From an uncultured Gemmatimonadaceae bacterium (lineage in GTDB: Bacteria > Gemmatimonadota > Gemmatimonadetes > Gemmatimonadales > Gemmatimonadaceae), in assembly GCA_963817955.1 (NCBI GenBank), contig CAWFQK010000001.1, forward strand, positions 480,001 to 544,000: DNA of 64,000 nt. Direction: 5' to 3'. Made by a program: the position numbers and the translations under genes. Below are positions 39,399 to 49,707 of the stretch, piece by piece. The notes beneath the pieces are model-generated. The model had not been told where the DNA came from. It saw only the letters and a program-made list of their open reading frames with translations, and ran no database searches. The stretch's first letter is position 1; the number at the start of each line of letters is the position of its first letter.

Positions 39399-40507
39399 CA
39401 AGCCGCGATTCGGCGATAAACCGCGAGGGTTTCTGCAGCACACCTCGCCCACGTAAACTGTTTCACTCGCTGACGGCCAAGCTCGGCAAGGGTTCGTCGG
39501 CGATCGTCTGAATAGACCACCGACATGATCGATCGGGTCATCGCCTCGATGTCGGACGGATCGAACAACTCTCCGGCGTCGCCGATGACTTCCGGCATGG
39601 AGCTTATGTTGCTGGCCACCACCGGGCAACCGCGCGCCATCGCCTCGAGCGGCGGCAAGCCAAAGCCCTCGTAGAGCGATGGGTAGACGAAGGCTCGTGC
39701 CTCACGGTAGAGCGCGCTCAGCGAGGCATCATCTCCACTTTTATGTTCGATCGAGTTCGACAAGCCGAGGCGCTCGATCAGGTGAAGCTCCTGCGGCGAA
39801 AATGACTGGCTTCCGAACGCAACTACCCTGAAGTCTCGGCGCAGCGACGGTGACGAAGCCACCGCCCCGAGAAAGCGTCCGAAGTTCTTGTACCCGCGCC
39901 GGTCTCCGACGTACAGAAGAAAGGGCGCGCGCGTGACGGAGTGGCTTGGCGGTCCATTGGGGGCGACATCGTCTGGAACATCGGCGCCAAGGTGGACGAT
40001 CGAGACCCGTTCCTGCGGAACGCCGAGCAAACGAATGAGATCGTCGCGGGTGTTGGCTGAAATACATATGATGTGATCCGCGCGCTGAACGGCCGCCAGT
40101 TTTACGGCGACGGTCTTGTCGTAGGACGGGAACTCATCTGCGAACAACTCGTGGATCATGTCGTAGACAGTGATCACCGTTGGGGTTCCGGCCGGACCCG
40201 TTGGCTTCTTGGTGTAATAGGTCTCGTGAACGACTTGAGGTCTCCAGAGCGACATCTGGAGACTCGCCGACCACCTATTGTACAATCGGTTGAAGTAGTA
40301 CGCGTACCCCGGCAGAAAACGATCCGTATATCGGCCCCGAACGAGCGGCGTCGGTAGCTGCTGTAGATATCGGTTCCAATACAGGGGGGCGAAGACACGC
40401 GGTGTCTCGCCGAGGGCAGCGAGCTCGCGCACCAGCGACGTGTAATAGCGGGTAATCCCCCCATATTTCTGCGCCGCGAACATTTGGTAGTCGAAGGCAA
40501 CCTTCAT
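39398..40507 (-). CDS. GT4 glycosyltransferase
   Basis: YGGITRY, TVYDMIHE, YEGFGLPPLEAM. Confidence 0.92.
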   Translation of the reverse strand: MKVAFDYQMFAAQKYGGITRYYTSLVRELAALGETPRVFAPLYWNRYLQQLPTPLVRGRYTDRFLPGYAYYFNRLYNRWSASLQMSLWRPQVVHETYYTKKPTGPAGTPTVITVYDMIHELFADEFPSYDKTVAVKLAAVQRADHIICISANTRDDLIRLLGVPQERVSIVHLGADVPDDVAPNGPPSHSVTRAPFLLYVGDRRGYKNFGRFLGAVASSPSLRRDFRVVAFGSQSFSPQELHLIERLGLSNSIEHKSGDDASLSALYREARAFVYPSLYEGFGLPPLEAMARGCPVVASNISSMPEVIGDAGELFDPSDIEAMTRSIMSVVYSDDRRRTLAELGRQRVKQFTWARCAAETLAVYRRIAA

Positions 40508-40532
40508 TTACGTCCCAAACGTGCCCGTGACA

Positions 40533-41453
40533 TCAGGACAGCCGTGATCGTAGGGCGCCGATCCATTGCTGCAGTCGGGACAATCGCGGAACCTGGATCT
40601 GAAATACGTGCCGATCTTCCCATTCATCCGCGGCGGCATCGCGCAAGACCCTTTCCGGATGCTTCAGCGGAAAGTTCATGGACTCCAGCGGAAGGTTGGC
40701 TCCCATGGCAGTGACGTCCTTCGTGTGCGTAGCATCTGGAGCAAACCCGATGTTGCGAACCAGATTCCTCGAAGGCGAGATGGCCAGTGCCTCACGGAGC
40801 ATTGTCGCGAAAAGCCACTGGTAATCCCATGTATCGACTTTACCGTCATACGTCGCATCAAAGATCCTCGTCCAGTAGGAGACAAAATCGCGATCGCCAT
40901 CGCCGAGCCGATGAAGAAGGTCAGTTGCCCTGACACGCGGCCACTGTGTCATGGATACGTCATACTCCTGCCACGCGCGGCGCCAGGAAGCCCATCCCCA
41001 AATGCGAGTGTAACGCGTAAAGAAATAGCTGGTCTCGGGAGCGTAGTTCGAACCATGAAAATTGTTTCCCGAGACCATCATCACTTCGGAATTGGATCGA
41101 TATCGCTCAAGCAGCTCTTCGCAATAAGCGAAGAAGCTAGGATCAGGGATCACGTCGTCCTCGAGAATGATTCCCTCCCCTTCCTGGTCGAAGAACCAGG
41201 TAATTCCCTGTGAAACGGCCCGCCTGCATCCAAGATTGGCCTGTCGGAAAAGCGTAAAAACTTCACACGGCCAATCGACTGCCATAGCAATCCTCCTGGC
41301 AAGCTCGCACCGCGCGACTTCTCCCGCCCGATCGGGCCGCGCGCCGTCCGCAGCTACATAGAGACGTGGCGGACGCGCCTGACGGATCGCTTGGAACACC
41401 TGTTCCGTGGTGTCCGGTCGGTTGAAGATCAGGAAGAGAACTGCGGTGCGCAT
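40533..41453 (-). CDS. GT-A fold nucleotide-diphospho-sugar transferase
   Basis: FNRPD, IILEDD, WGWASW, TWDYQW, NIGF. Confidence 0.88.
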   Translation of the reverse strand: MRTAVLFLIFNRPDTTEQVFQAIRQARPPRLYVAADGARPDRAGEVARCELARRIAMAVDWPCEVFTLFRQANLGCRRAVSQGITWFFDQEGEGIILEDDVIPDPSFFAYCEELLERYRSNSEVMMVSGNNFHGSNYAPETSYFFTRYTRIWGWASWRRAWQEYDVSMTQWPRVRATDLLHRLGDGDRDFVSYWTRIFDATYDGKVDTWDYQWLFATMLREALAISPSRNLVRNIGFAPDATHTKDVTAMGANLPLESMNFPLKHPERVLRDAAADEWEDRHVFQIQVPRLSRLQQWIGALRSRLS

Positions 41454-41476
41454 ATGTCAGTATCCTGCCCCGCGAC

Positions 41477-41524
41477 GGGTGTGTCCCGAGGCTAGTTGAA
41501 ATTCAGGTGATGTCGGATGAGACG
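41477..41524. repeat. 48-bp direct repeat, copy 1
   Basis: 3 mismatches versus 42693-42740. Confidence 0.9.
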
Positions 41525-41719
41525 CAGCTCACGGCGCTCGGGCCTGCCAGCCAAATCCCCAGCGAGTTCGTACGTGAACCAATGCAGACGAAAGATCACC
41601 TCAACGACCGGACATGAGCCCTGGAACAATACTGGGGGTGACGTCACACGCGCGATCGTTCCTGAGAGGCCGGGCCCGACCAGTTCCAAGCTCCTTCGGC
41701 CCGTCGCCACCGCCTTTGC

Positions 41720-42673
41720 TCACGCGAGCTCGGGAAGAAGGCGGCGGTACTCGTCGAACACACTCGCCGCATCGCTCGGAAACAATGCGATGTCGAGATA
41801 GTAGATTGGAGGCGCGCCGAACTGGGCACGGTCCGCAGCCGCGTGACGATGAATGTACCGGAGGAGCCCCTCGATGAGAACGCGCGTGTCGACCAGGCGG
41901 CCCGCTGCGATGACGAAGCCGAAGTTGTCGAAAGCGATCACTGAGCTGTATATGTCGACATCGAGCCGAGCGAGGACGTCTAGCCAGGCGACCAGCGATT
42001 CATTGCTCTCGACCTCGGCTTCAGCCCAAACAATCGGACGTCGATCGTGAAGCCACTCGAGTTCCGTTCGCAGAATATGCGCGTCGTACCCATCGGTGTC
42101 GATCTTGACCAGACTAACGTTTGTCCCCGCGACCTGACCGATGGTGAACGTCGGCACGGGCGTGACGTTACGATCGGGTGAACACTCGCGTGGCTCGTGC
42201 AGGGCCGATATCCGAGTCGCAGCTGTACCGTGTGCCTCCTCCAATCGTAACGAGTCCGTGGCGCTTCCCACGAATGCGTTTACGCAGCGGACGCTGCCGA
42301 ACAAAGCGCGATTTGCCGCCAAATTTCGTTCAAGCAGTTGGAAGTACCGCGCTGACGCCTCGACGGCGACGATTTTAGACGTGCAACCTGCCAACCTGCA
42401 GAGCGCGACAGTATCGCCGATGTTCGCCCCCACATCGACGATATTCGCGCCCGGGTAGTGCCGGGAAACGACCGCAGTGAGAAGTGGAAAGCGACGATCG
42501 TACAGCGGGTGCGACGCCTGAAACACGTCGAGCCGATGTTCGGTCGGCGCGATAAGTTCACAGACCTTCTCCACCCCGCCTGGCGCCGCTGGGAAACGAA
42601 CGAGAAGGACGCGCTCGGTGGGCGCGAGACGAGCACGTGTCTTCGCGACGATGCGTTTTGCCATAGCAAGCAT
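41720..42673 (-). CDS. FkbM-family methyltransferase
   Basis: VDVGANIGD, AVEA, VKIDTDGYD. Confidence 0.88.
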   Translation of the reverse strand: MLAMAKRIVAKTRARLAPTERVLLVRFPAAPGGVEKVCELIAPTEHRLDVFQASHPLYDRRFPLLTAVVSRHYPGANIVDVGANIGDTVALCRLAGCTSKIVAVEASARYFQLLERNLAANRALFGSVRCVNAFVGSATDSLRLEEAHGTAATRISALHEPRECSPDRNVTPVPTFTIGQVAGTNVSLVKIDTDGYDAHILRTELEWLHDRRPIVWAEAEVESNESLVAWLDVLARLDVDIYSSVIAFDNFGFVIAAGRLVDTRVLIEGLLRYIHRHAAADRAQFGAPPIYYLDIALFPSDAASVFDEYRRLLPELA

Positions 42674-42692
42674 GTCAGTTCGTCCTCGCCGG

Positions 42693-42740
42693 GGGTGTGC
42701 CCCGAGGCTAATTGAAATTCAGGTGATGTTGGATGAGACG
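42693..42740. repeat. 48-bp direct repeat, copy 2 (3' end of the GT2 gene)
   Basis: Encodes RLIQHHLNFN* plus downstream spacer. Confidence 0.9.
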
Positions 42741-43706
42741 GGAAATAGCGCGCCGCCCACGATGCCTCAAGCCCGCCAGTACCGCACCGCTTCGCAAGTA
42801 TGCTCGTGATGTCTGATGGAACACCCGCATCATGGGTCCCGGCACGCACGTTTCGGCGGCCGCTTGCCGGAAACGGGAGCCGACGTAGTGGTTGTCGAAC
42901 AACGCCGCAAACCGCAGAAGCGTCCATGCCTTCGCCACAGAACCCAGCGGCCGGTCTGCCTTGGAAAAAAAGAACCAGATTCCAAATCGCTGGATCAACC
43001 CGTCGTACATGCGTCCCAGCTCGTCGGCATGGATTTTCTGGACGTCGCTACTCTTGATCCCGTTGTCGTCGTGATCACGCCGAAAACACAGCACCTTCGG
43101 TTCGAAGCAGCACGACTCGAAGTACAGGACCCGATACGTATACTCAATGTCCTGGCAGCTCCGGAGCTCTTCGTCAAACATGCCGTAGCTATCGAAGAAG
43201 CTTCGCTCGACCATGATACTGCACGCGTAGATCCACTCCCGATGAAACAGATATGGTCTGTCGCTCAATGATCCTAGCGTCTTCCAGTAATCGTCGAACC
43301 CGGGTTGACGATTGCTGTTCGCGTCAATCACGCCGACGTTGCAAATGCCTGCTTGTACCTTGCGATGTTTGATGTTGGCGACTTGGAGTTGGACATAGTC
43401 GGTGTGGAGCACGTCGTCATGGCTCAACCAGACGAAGTACTCGCCGCGCATCGCTCGAATCCCCTCGTTCAGCGCTGTGGCAACGCCACCGTTGGCCTTC
43501 TCGATATAGCGAATGCGCGATGCGTATGCCTTCGCGACGGCCTTTGTCCTACCGCCGTCCGTCGACCCGTCGTTTACCACCACCACTTCAATCGGCGAGT
43601 AGGTCTGACCAAGGGCACTCTCGACTGCTTGGTCGAGATAGTTGGCGCCGTTGTACACCGGAATCACGACGGATACAAGCGGGTGGGAACACTCGCCAAC
43701 GGGCAT
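42708..43706 (-). CDS. GT2 glycosyltransferase
   Basis: SVVIPVYN, NDGSTD, WLSHDD. Confidence 0.9.
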   Translation of the reverse strand: MPVGECSHPLVSVVIPVYNGANYLDQAVESALGQTYSPIEVVVVNDGSTDGGRTKAVAKAYASRIRYIEKANGGVATALNEGIRAMRGEYFVWLSHDDVLHTDYVQLQVANIKHRKVQAGICNVGVIDANSNRQPGFDDYWKTLGSLSDRPYLFHREWIYACSIMVERSFFDSYGMFDEELRSCQDIEYTYRVLYFESCCFEPKVLCFRRDHDDNGIKSSDVQKIHADELGRMYDGLIQRFGIWFFFSKADRPLGSVAKAWTLLRFAALFDNHYVGSRFRQAAAETCVPGPMMRVFHQTSRAYLRSGAVLAGLRHRGRRAISRLIQHHLNFN

Positions 43707-43722
43707 GACTGATAATGCCGCG

Positions 43723-44433
43723 TTATTCAGCCGAGCGCCCGAGCAACCGGCCCGATCGGACACGGGTTCGCAAACTGCCAAGGACTGCGTAAACCTTCCG
43801 TGGTGACGCATCCGCTAGCTTCGATGCCAGGTCATTCGGCGTTGGGTAGAGCGGAGTCAGTCCATACCGGAGTGCCATTTCCGCCAGCTCACTATGAAAG
43901 TTGGCCACCCGCTCGCCGAACGTTCCCACTTCGAGAAAGTGTTTGTACGCCTTTGCGGCAATCATCATAATAGTGGGCGAAATAAGTCGATCGGTCCTGC
44001 GGGTCGAAGTACCCGAGTCGAATCGCTTCATACAGGTTAATTCCTAGCCCCTGCGTCACCGCGAGGTCGTGTCCCTCGCTGCCCCAATCCGTTCCTTTCA
44101 TGCCAGAAATTGACTGTGAAGGGATCGGACAGGTGCAGCGCCGGAGTCTACGGCGTGAGGCAGTACAGTTGTTCAGCGCGACGTGATAGCACGCCTTTGG
44201 TTTGGAGAAGACCTGACTCAGCTCCTCAGCGGATATCCGGTTGCTCCCCCGTCCCGAGTGCCACGCATAGCACATCAAGGACCCGAAATAGACCGCATCG
44301 ATGTTTGGATCGAAGATCTCATTCACCGTGCTCTTGGAATCTCTCTTGACATGTTCGACTTCGTCGAACGCCAGCTGAGCTTCACCCGCTTTTCAACCGA
44401 CACCTGGACATACTCCCACAGCACGCTCGACAA
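43723..44433 (-). pseudogene. Fragmented gene of unknown function
   Basis: Gene-sized gap inside the operon containing overlapping protein-like fragments in different frames (43892..44326, 43723..44031). Confidence 0.4.
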
Positions 44434-45672
44434 TTAGCTCTGATCTTGGCTCTCACGTGCGCGGTCGGCTGCCACTCGGTCATACATCGCTATGACCTTT
44501 GGTCGTATGACCGATTGGTCTAGTCGTTCCATGACCGTGCGAGCATTGAGTTCATCGGCTCCATTCACCAAGGTATCATCCCTCAAGGCACGGCGGATGG
44601 CCAGCGCGATAGGCTCCGGATCGTCAGGCGGTACGATAAGACCCGACCTGCCATTTTCAATCCACTCGTCGGCACAACTGGTGCATGATTGAATTGGGAA
44701 AGAGCCCATTACCATTGCTTCAAGCATCGATGTACTTGCCGCATCGCTAATACTCAAGCCGATAGAAATTCTAGCACGACCATGTAGCCGTAACATCTCC
44801 TCATGGGAAACCGCGGGAATGATCTCGACGGGAATACCCGTGGCATGACTCATTAGTTGGGCGGCGATTCTAACGCCTTCATCAGCCAAGTGGACGGCGA
44901 CACTGTAGCCTTTCAGTTCGTCCACGTTCAATTCGATAGCCCGCAGCCCGACCAACGCCCGCCCAGCCCAGCCTTGATACCCCTTCAAGACGATGAGGCG
45001 ACGCGCGGATGTCGGTCCGGGTTGGCGAAACCTGAGCATCTGTTCGACGTCGAAACCGCCAGTGTTCGGCAAGACCGGAAGAACTTCCCCTTTGAAACCA
45101 AGTTCGCGGGCCAATGCTACATCGCGTTGGCATTCACAGTCGTAGTAGTCGCAGGCGGATAGCACGGATTTGATTCTTTCAACATGCTCGGGAAGTCGAC
45201 CAAAAAGAAATATGTCACTGCCCCAGTTCGCCACAATCCAAGGTGGGAACTTGCCAGGGAAACGCTTCCGCGCTTCTAAGGTCAAGTAGCCTGCATGTTG
45301 TATCTCAAGTGAGTGAACAATGTCAGGATTGAGTCGTTGAATCGTATCCGCCAGCCGCCAGTCGTCAAGCAAACGCGATGGCGCATATCTCTTCACTATG
45401 CGCCTTGCAGTCTCCGCGCCTCTTGGAAAAGGCCATGAACCCACCACTTGGACACTCTTATTCAGCCCCGACGGAGGGTAACTAAGAGAACCGCTATGGA
45501 TGCTCAAGTTCCGCAGTTCAGGATGGATGTTCTGATTTCGCGAAGGAAAGAGATGTAGGTCCCATCCTCGATCAGCAATCTGGTTGATCCATCGTGCCGT
45601 GTGGATGCTACCGGGCATCGCGACAAAGAGAACACGCAGGCCGCCGCCATTCATTTCGCTTTGTCCTCTCAA
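44434..45672 (-). CDS. GT4 glycosyltransferase
   Basis: SIHTARW, WGSDI, SMLEAMVMG. Confidence 0.88.
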   Translation of the reverse strand: MRGQSEMNGGGLRVLFVAMPGSIHTARWINQIADRGWDLHLFPSRNQNIHPELRNLSIHSGSLSYPPSGLNKSVQVVGSWPFPRGAETARRIVKRYAPSRLLDDWRLADTIQRLNPDIVHSLEIQHAGYLTLEARKRFPGKFPPWIVANWGSDIFLFGRLPEHVERIKSVLSACDYYDCECQRDVALARELGFKGEVLPVLPNTGGFDVEQMLRFRQPGPTSARRLIVLKGYQGWAGRALVGLRAIELNVDELKGYSVAVHLADEGVRIAAQLMSHATGIPVEIIPAVSHEEMLRLHGRARISIGLSISDAASTSMLEAMVMGSFPIQSCTSCADEWIENGRSGLIVPPDDPEPIALAIRRALRDDTLVNGADELNARTVMERLDQSVIRPKVIAMYDRVAADRARESQDQS

Positions 45673-46673
45673 TGATACATCCAGTTAGGATCAAGACCCT
45701 CCATGTTGAACGCATCTTTAGGCAGCGAGTAGTCCGGGACGATGACCAACTGTTTGTTGAACAGTCGGCAAAAGACAGCCTCAACCACTCTGCGTACTCT
45801 TGGACATAATGTGTACGCATACTCCCTGAACCTACGATCGAAGAAGAACAACGGCCTATGAAAGAGCAAGCTCATCAACTCCCAGGTTAACGCTCCGCGC
45901 AAGGTTCCCTGACGCAGGAAATGGCACGAGATGTTATATGCTCCGCGTAAGGCATCTTCATAGAACGGATCCTCTGGGGGAAAGTTCTGGTGGAGAGTCT
46001 CTCTGAAGGAATCAGCAAACTCGCGCGCCTTCTTTGGAGTTTGAGTCATCTGCGCATCATGGGAACGATAGAAAGAGAGAGGTAGATTATAGTACTTGAT
46101 CCGCTGAGGCCCAGCCTTGAGGATGCGTACCCATAGGTCTGTATCCGCGCCAGCATTCCTATCGGCATTCATACATCCTACTTGTTCAAGCGTCTGTCGA
46201 CGAAAGAAAGTTGATGGCTGCGGTATATAATATTCGCCTCGCAGAAAGCAGGAGTAGTCAAACTTTCGAATGTTGAGTACATAGTGGTCCTCGAGGACGC
46301 GATTGTCGCCGTCAATGAATACCATCCCGCCGGTGACAATGTTCAACCGTACATCAGAAAAGGCCTCGGCTACCACCCGAAAGACGTTGGGCATATACAC
46401 GTCATCACTGCTTTGAATAGCACAAATCTCTCCAGTGGCGCGCCTCAACCCTTTGTTGACGGCGTCCGAAAATCCTTTGTCCGGTTCACTAAACCAGACC
46501 ACTTTATCGTAACGCCGAAGTATGTCGATCGTTTCGTCCGTGGAACCCCCATCGGCCACAATGAGTTCGATCGACGGATAGTCCTGCCTGAGAACACTGA
46601 GTATTGTCTGTTCAACATATCGTCCCTGATTGAAGGACGGCACGATAATCGAGATAGTTGGCAAAAAGGTCAC
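45669..46673 (-). CDS. GT2 glycosyltransferase
   Basis: SIIVPSFNQ, DGGSTD, SSDD, PQPSTF. Confidence 0.9.
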   Translation of the reverse strand: MTFLPTISIIVPSFNQGRYVEQTILSVLRQDYPSIELIVADGGSTDETIDILRRYDKVVWFSEPDKGFSDAVNKGLRRATGEICAIQSSDDVYMPNVFRVVAEAFSDVRLNIVTGGMVFIDGDNRVLEDHYVLNIRKFDYSCFLRGEYYIPQPSTFFRRQTLEQVGCMNADRNAGADTDLWVRILKAGPQRIKYYNLPLSFYRSHDAQMTQTPKKAREFADSFRETLHQNFPPEDPFYEDALRGAYNISCHFLRQGTLRGALTWELMSLLFHRPLFFFDRRFREYAYTLCPRVRRVVEAVFCRLFNKQLVIVPDYSLPKDAFNMEGLDPNWMYH

Positions 46674-46808
46674 ACTGCACTCCCTCGGGCCTTCTGGCTA
46701 GTACTACAGTTGCAAGTATGCAAATGCACATTCCAACGAAATATTCTAGGTCGACTTCGATCCCGTAGAATCGCTTTCCTTATCAACGTCCCAGGTACAA
46801 TATGCGGC

Positions 46809-48104
46809 CGGCCTGGGTCCCCGAAGTAGGTCCGGGGCGGAGCGCCAGTTCTTCAGCGTAGGCCTGGGTCCCCGAAGTAGGTCCGGGTCAGAGCGTCAGT
46901 TTTTCAGCGTCGAGACCGAGGCTGGTAGTCTCCGCTCGCTCGATATTGAGCTGGGGTTTGCAACCCTAAGCTGGTGTGAGGTCGCAAGTTGTTGTAGTCC
47001 GCACGCCATGTCGAGAGCTCCGTCTGCGCTTCTCGAAGCGAGGCAAACCAATGACGCGTTAGGCACTCACGTCTGAGCGAGCCATTGAAGGCCTCACAGA
47101 CGCTGTTGTCCACGGGTTTCCCCGGTCGGCTGAAGTCGAGCTGCACGCGATTCCAGTACGCCCAGTGATCGAGCGCCGTCGAGGTGAACTCGGTGCCGTT
47201 GTCGCATTGGATGAGCGGTGGGAGCCCGCCGACGCGATCGCCAGCGTCGCTCAGCATCCGTGCGACATCGTTCCCGCTGAACGAGCGGGCTACTGCAAGG
47301 GCGACGCACTCACGCGAGTAGACGTCCACCAGCGTGAAGACGCGCACATGCTGCCCCGTCGCCAGGACGTCGTGCATGAAGTGCATCGCCCAGCGTTCGT
47401 TCGGTGCGCCGACGGCGACCCGCGGCTGCCGGACGGTGGAGGAGCGGCGCCGGCGGCGCCTCGGCTTGAGCTGCAGGCCCTCCTCGAGGTAGAGCCGGCG
47501 GACCTTCTTGAGATTGATCACGAGCCCATCGCGACGCAGCATCGTGTGCAGCCGCTTGACGCCGAAGAACGGGCGATCCTTCGCGAGTTCGTGCAACCGG
47601 CGCCGCACCGGGGCATCGTCCGGCTTCACCGACTGGTAGCGGATCATGGCGCGATGGATCGCAAGGCCGCGGCACGCCCGTCGTTCGCTCACCTGAAACG
47701 CGCTCTGTGCCCAAGCAAGCATCGCGCGTCGCTGGCTTGGGCTCACCATGATTTTTCCAAGCGCCTCGCGCAGCATCGTCTTGTCGAGCGAGAGATCGGC
47801 GACCACGCCCTTCAGGCGTCGGTTCTCGTCCCTCAGCTGCTTGAGCTCTCGCAGCTCGCTGACGTCCAACCCCGTGTACTGCCTCTTCCAGCGGTAGAAC
47901 GTCGTCTCTGTCACGCCGAGCTTTCGGCAGATGTCGACCACCGTCGTCCCGCTCTCCGCTTGCCGCAACGCCTGGAGGATCTGCTCCGGCGTGAACTTGC
48001 TCTTCCGCATTTTAGGCCTCCTCTCTCTCCCGAGAGTTTGGCCTCTGTCCACTACCCTGTCAAAACGGGGCGCCGCCTGGACTCAGACTCGGAGACCCAG
48101 GCCG
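46809..48104 (-). mobile_element. IS3-family element (ends approximate)
   Basis: Inverted ends cggcctgggtc(c/t)ccga at 46809 and 48104. The downstream end is tandemly duplicated (46810-46859 / 46861-46910, 4 mismatches). Confidence 0.85.
46904..48010 (-). CDS. IS3-family transposase; OrfA and OrfB in one frame
   Basis: MRKSKFTPEQI...TFYRWK HTH; integrase core WAMHF...DNGTEF...EAFNG. Confidence 0.92.
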   Translation of the reverse strand: MRKSKFTPEQILQALRQAESGTTVVDICRKLGVTETTFYRWKRQYTGLDVSELRELKQLRDENRRLKGVVADLSLDKTMLREALGKIMVSPSQRRAMLAWAQSAFQVSERRACRGLAIHRAMIRYQSVKPDDAPVRRRLHELAKDRPFFGVKRLHTMLRRDGLVINLKKVRRLYLEEGLQLKPRRRRRRSSTVRQPRVAVGAPNERWAMHFMHDVLATGQHVRVFTLVDVYSRECVALAVARSFSGNDVARMLSDAGDRVGGLPPLIQCDNGTEFTSTALDHWAYWNRVQLDFSRPGKPVDNSVCEAFNGSLRRECLTRHWFASLREAQTELSTWRADYNNLRPHTSLGLQTPAQYRASGDYQPRSRR

Positions 48105-48247
48105 ACCCAGGACTGGTCACATCAAGCCATGATTTACGCTGTGATTTTCGTACCTAGGAGATCGAACATCTCTGCGTCCGCCACAAGCCATCAGTATCCT
48201 CCTGGCTTCCTGCGAACAGGACTATGCTATTCCCTTCTTTGTTCGGC

Positions 48248-49270
48248 TCACGTACATCGTCCGCCGTTATCGTCATGTCGTGAGATGAGCTGCAGGTCTC
48301 TAAGCCAGCACGAGAGGAGATCAAGTTCCTCTCTTTGAACGACCTCTACTTTACCTAAGGCTTCATAAGCATTCCACAGATTATCTGTGAGAGATTCTCG
48401 CGAACTGATGGCCGCTCCCACAGAGTCCCAGACATCGTAAGTCTTTAGGTAGCAAGATACTTCCATTCGAAAGTCGTCCAAGTAATCATGATAGTTGCGT
48501 TCTTGACTCACGGTTGCCCCTAAAAAGCCCAAGCGGTAGCCATATAGCCACATGATTGGTTGTACAACAAATCCCCGAAGAATATCGGTGAACCTCATGG
48601 AGACGGTCGAAGGAAGGTACAGCAAAGGAAACAGATCCCGTGAGAACAAAGTGTTTTGGGAATTCATGGGACAGACTGTTCCCTTGGCCAAGACAAGCGG
48701 CTTTCGCTCGCGAAAGACGCAAGGTTCATCAAGAACCAAACGGTAAATTGCGTCAACGTCCGGATCCCCGTCAGCCAAGCCCTGCCAAACGCCTATTCTC
48801 GCCTGCTCTTCCGAAAGATCCTTCTCGCACAACACGGTACTGTCCATCTTCACCATGTCTAGAGGAAAACCTCTTGGCCAGATGTGTTGCTCCGTAAAGG
48901 ATCTGTAGACATTTACAAAACCAAGATCGGCTGAGGTCGTTGGAAATATCCCCTCGAGCGAAGGAAATGCCCAGTTTTCCTTTGGAAGATTATCATCGTC
49001 AGTGTCTACGATCGCTTCAGCGCCTGCTTCAATGGCATGAAGGTAACCGAGATTCTTCCTTGAGTAGTGATTGAACGGAAGCGTCTTGGCCAGTTGGTAA
49101 GCGCTCTCTAATTGGTCCTGAACTGAGATGAAGCGAACCCCTTCCCACTGCCAGTCTGTTGGCGTCTTTCTGTCTGCCACTACCACCATTTGGTAATCCT
49201 GAAACTCCGCAAATCGCCGCACCGAATCAGTTGGTGCGTTGATGCTTGTCATGACAATGAAGCGAGCCAT
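48248..49270 (-). CDS. STELLO/DUF288-family glycosyltransferase-like protein
   Basis: IVMTSIN, VVVADRKTP, RKNLGYL, DTDDDN, WPRGFPL, QGLADGDPDVDAIYRL, NSQNT, RFTDILRG. Confidence 0.85.
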   Translation of the reverse strand: MARFIVMTSINAPTDSVRRFAEFQDYQMVVVADRKTPTDWQWEGVRFISVQDQLESAYQLAKTLPFNHYSRKNLGYLHAIEAGAEAIVDTDDDNLPKENWAFPSLEGIFPTTSADLGFVNVYRSFTEQHIWPRGFPLDMVKMDSTVLCEKDLSEEQARIGVWQGLADGDPDVDAIYRLVLDEPCVFRERKPLVLAKGTVCPMNSQNTLFSRDLFPLLYLPSTVSMRFTDILRGFVVQPIMWLYGYRLGFLGATVSQERNYHDYLDDFRMEVSCYLKTYDVWDSVGAAISSRESLTDNLWNAYEALGKVEVVQREELDLLSCWLRDLQLISRHDDNGGRCT

Positions 49271-49707
49271 TCGTCAACTCCTTCTTTTGCGCCAGGAACT
49301 GAATTCGAGAGTGAGGTCGCGGATCTTCTCTGTGGACTCTGACGGGCCGGTCGTCCCATGGGGTAATTGCTGAAAGCCGTCGACATGTCTCTTCAATGCA
49401 CGCACATCCCAATTCCCGCAAGTTGCACGATGACTACTGCCCGACTTCAGGTTTACGTGACTGCGTGGACACCTCCACAGGTGTGGATGTACGCCCACTC
49501 GTCAGCCATTGAGCTGCGGAGAATGTCGAGCTGCCGGAGATCCCGCAGATGCGCCCGACGATCTGCTTTGCGGCAGATGGCGAGAATCACGGTGCTTATG
49601 ATCTCATTGCCCGTCATGACGTTGGATCCGTTTGCTACTTCAGAGGTCGCAGCGTTGCCGAACATCTTCGGGCGATGTTCTGGATGCCCACGCAAGAACG
49701 GGCTCGC

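Noticed and set aside
49274..49700. Gene between the Rmd-like and STELLO genes
   Set aside because: Only short, unrecognisable ORFs; probably debris and not assignable.
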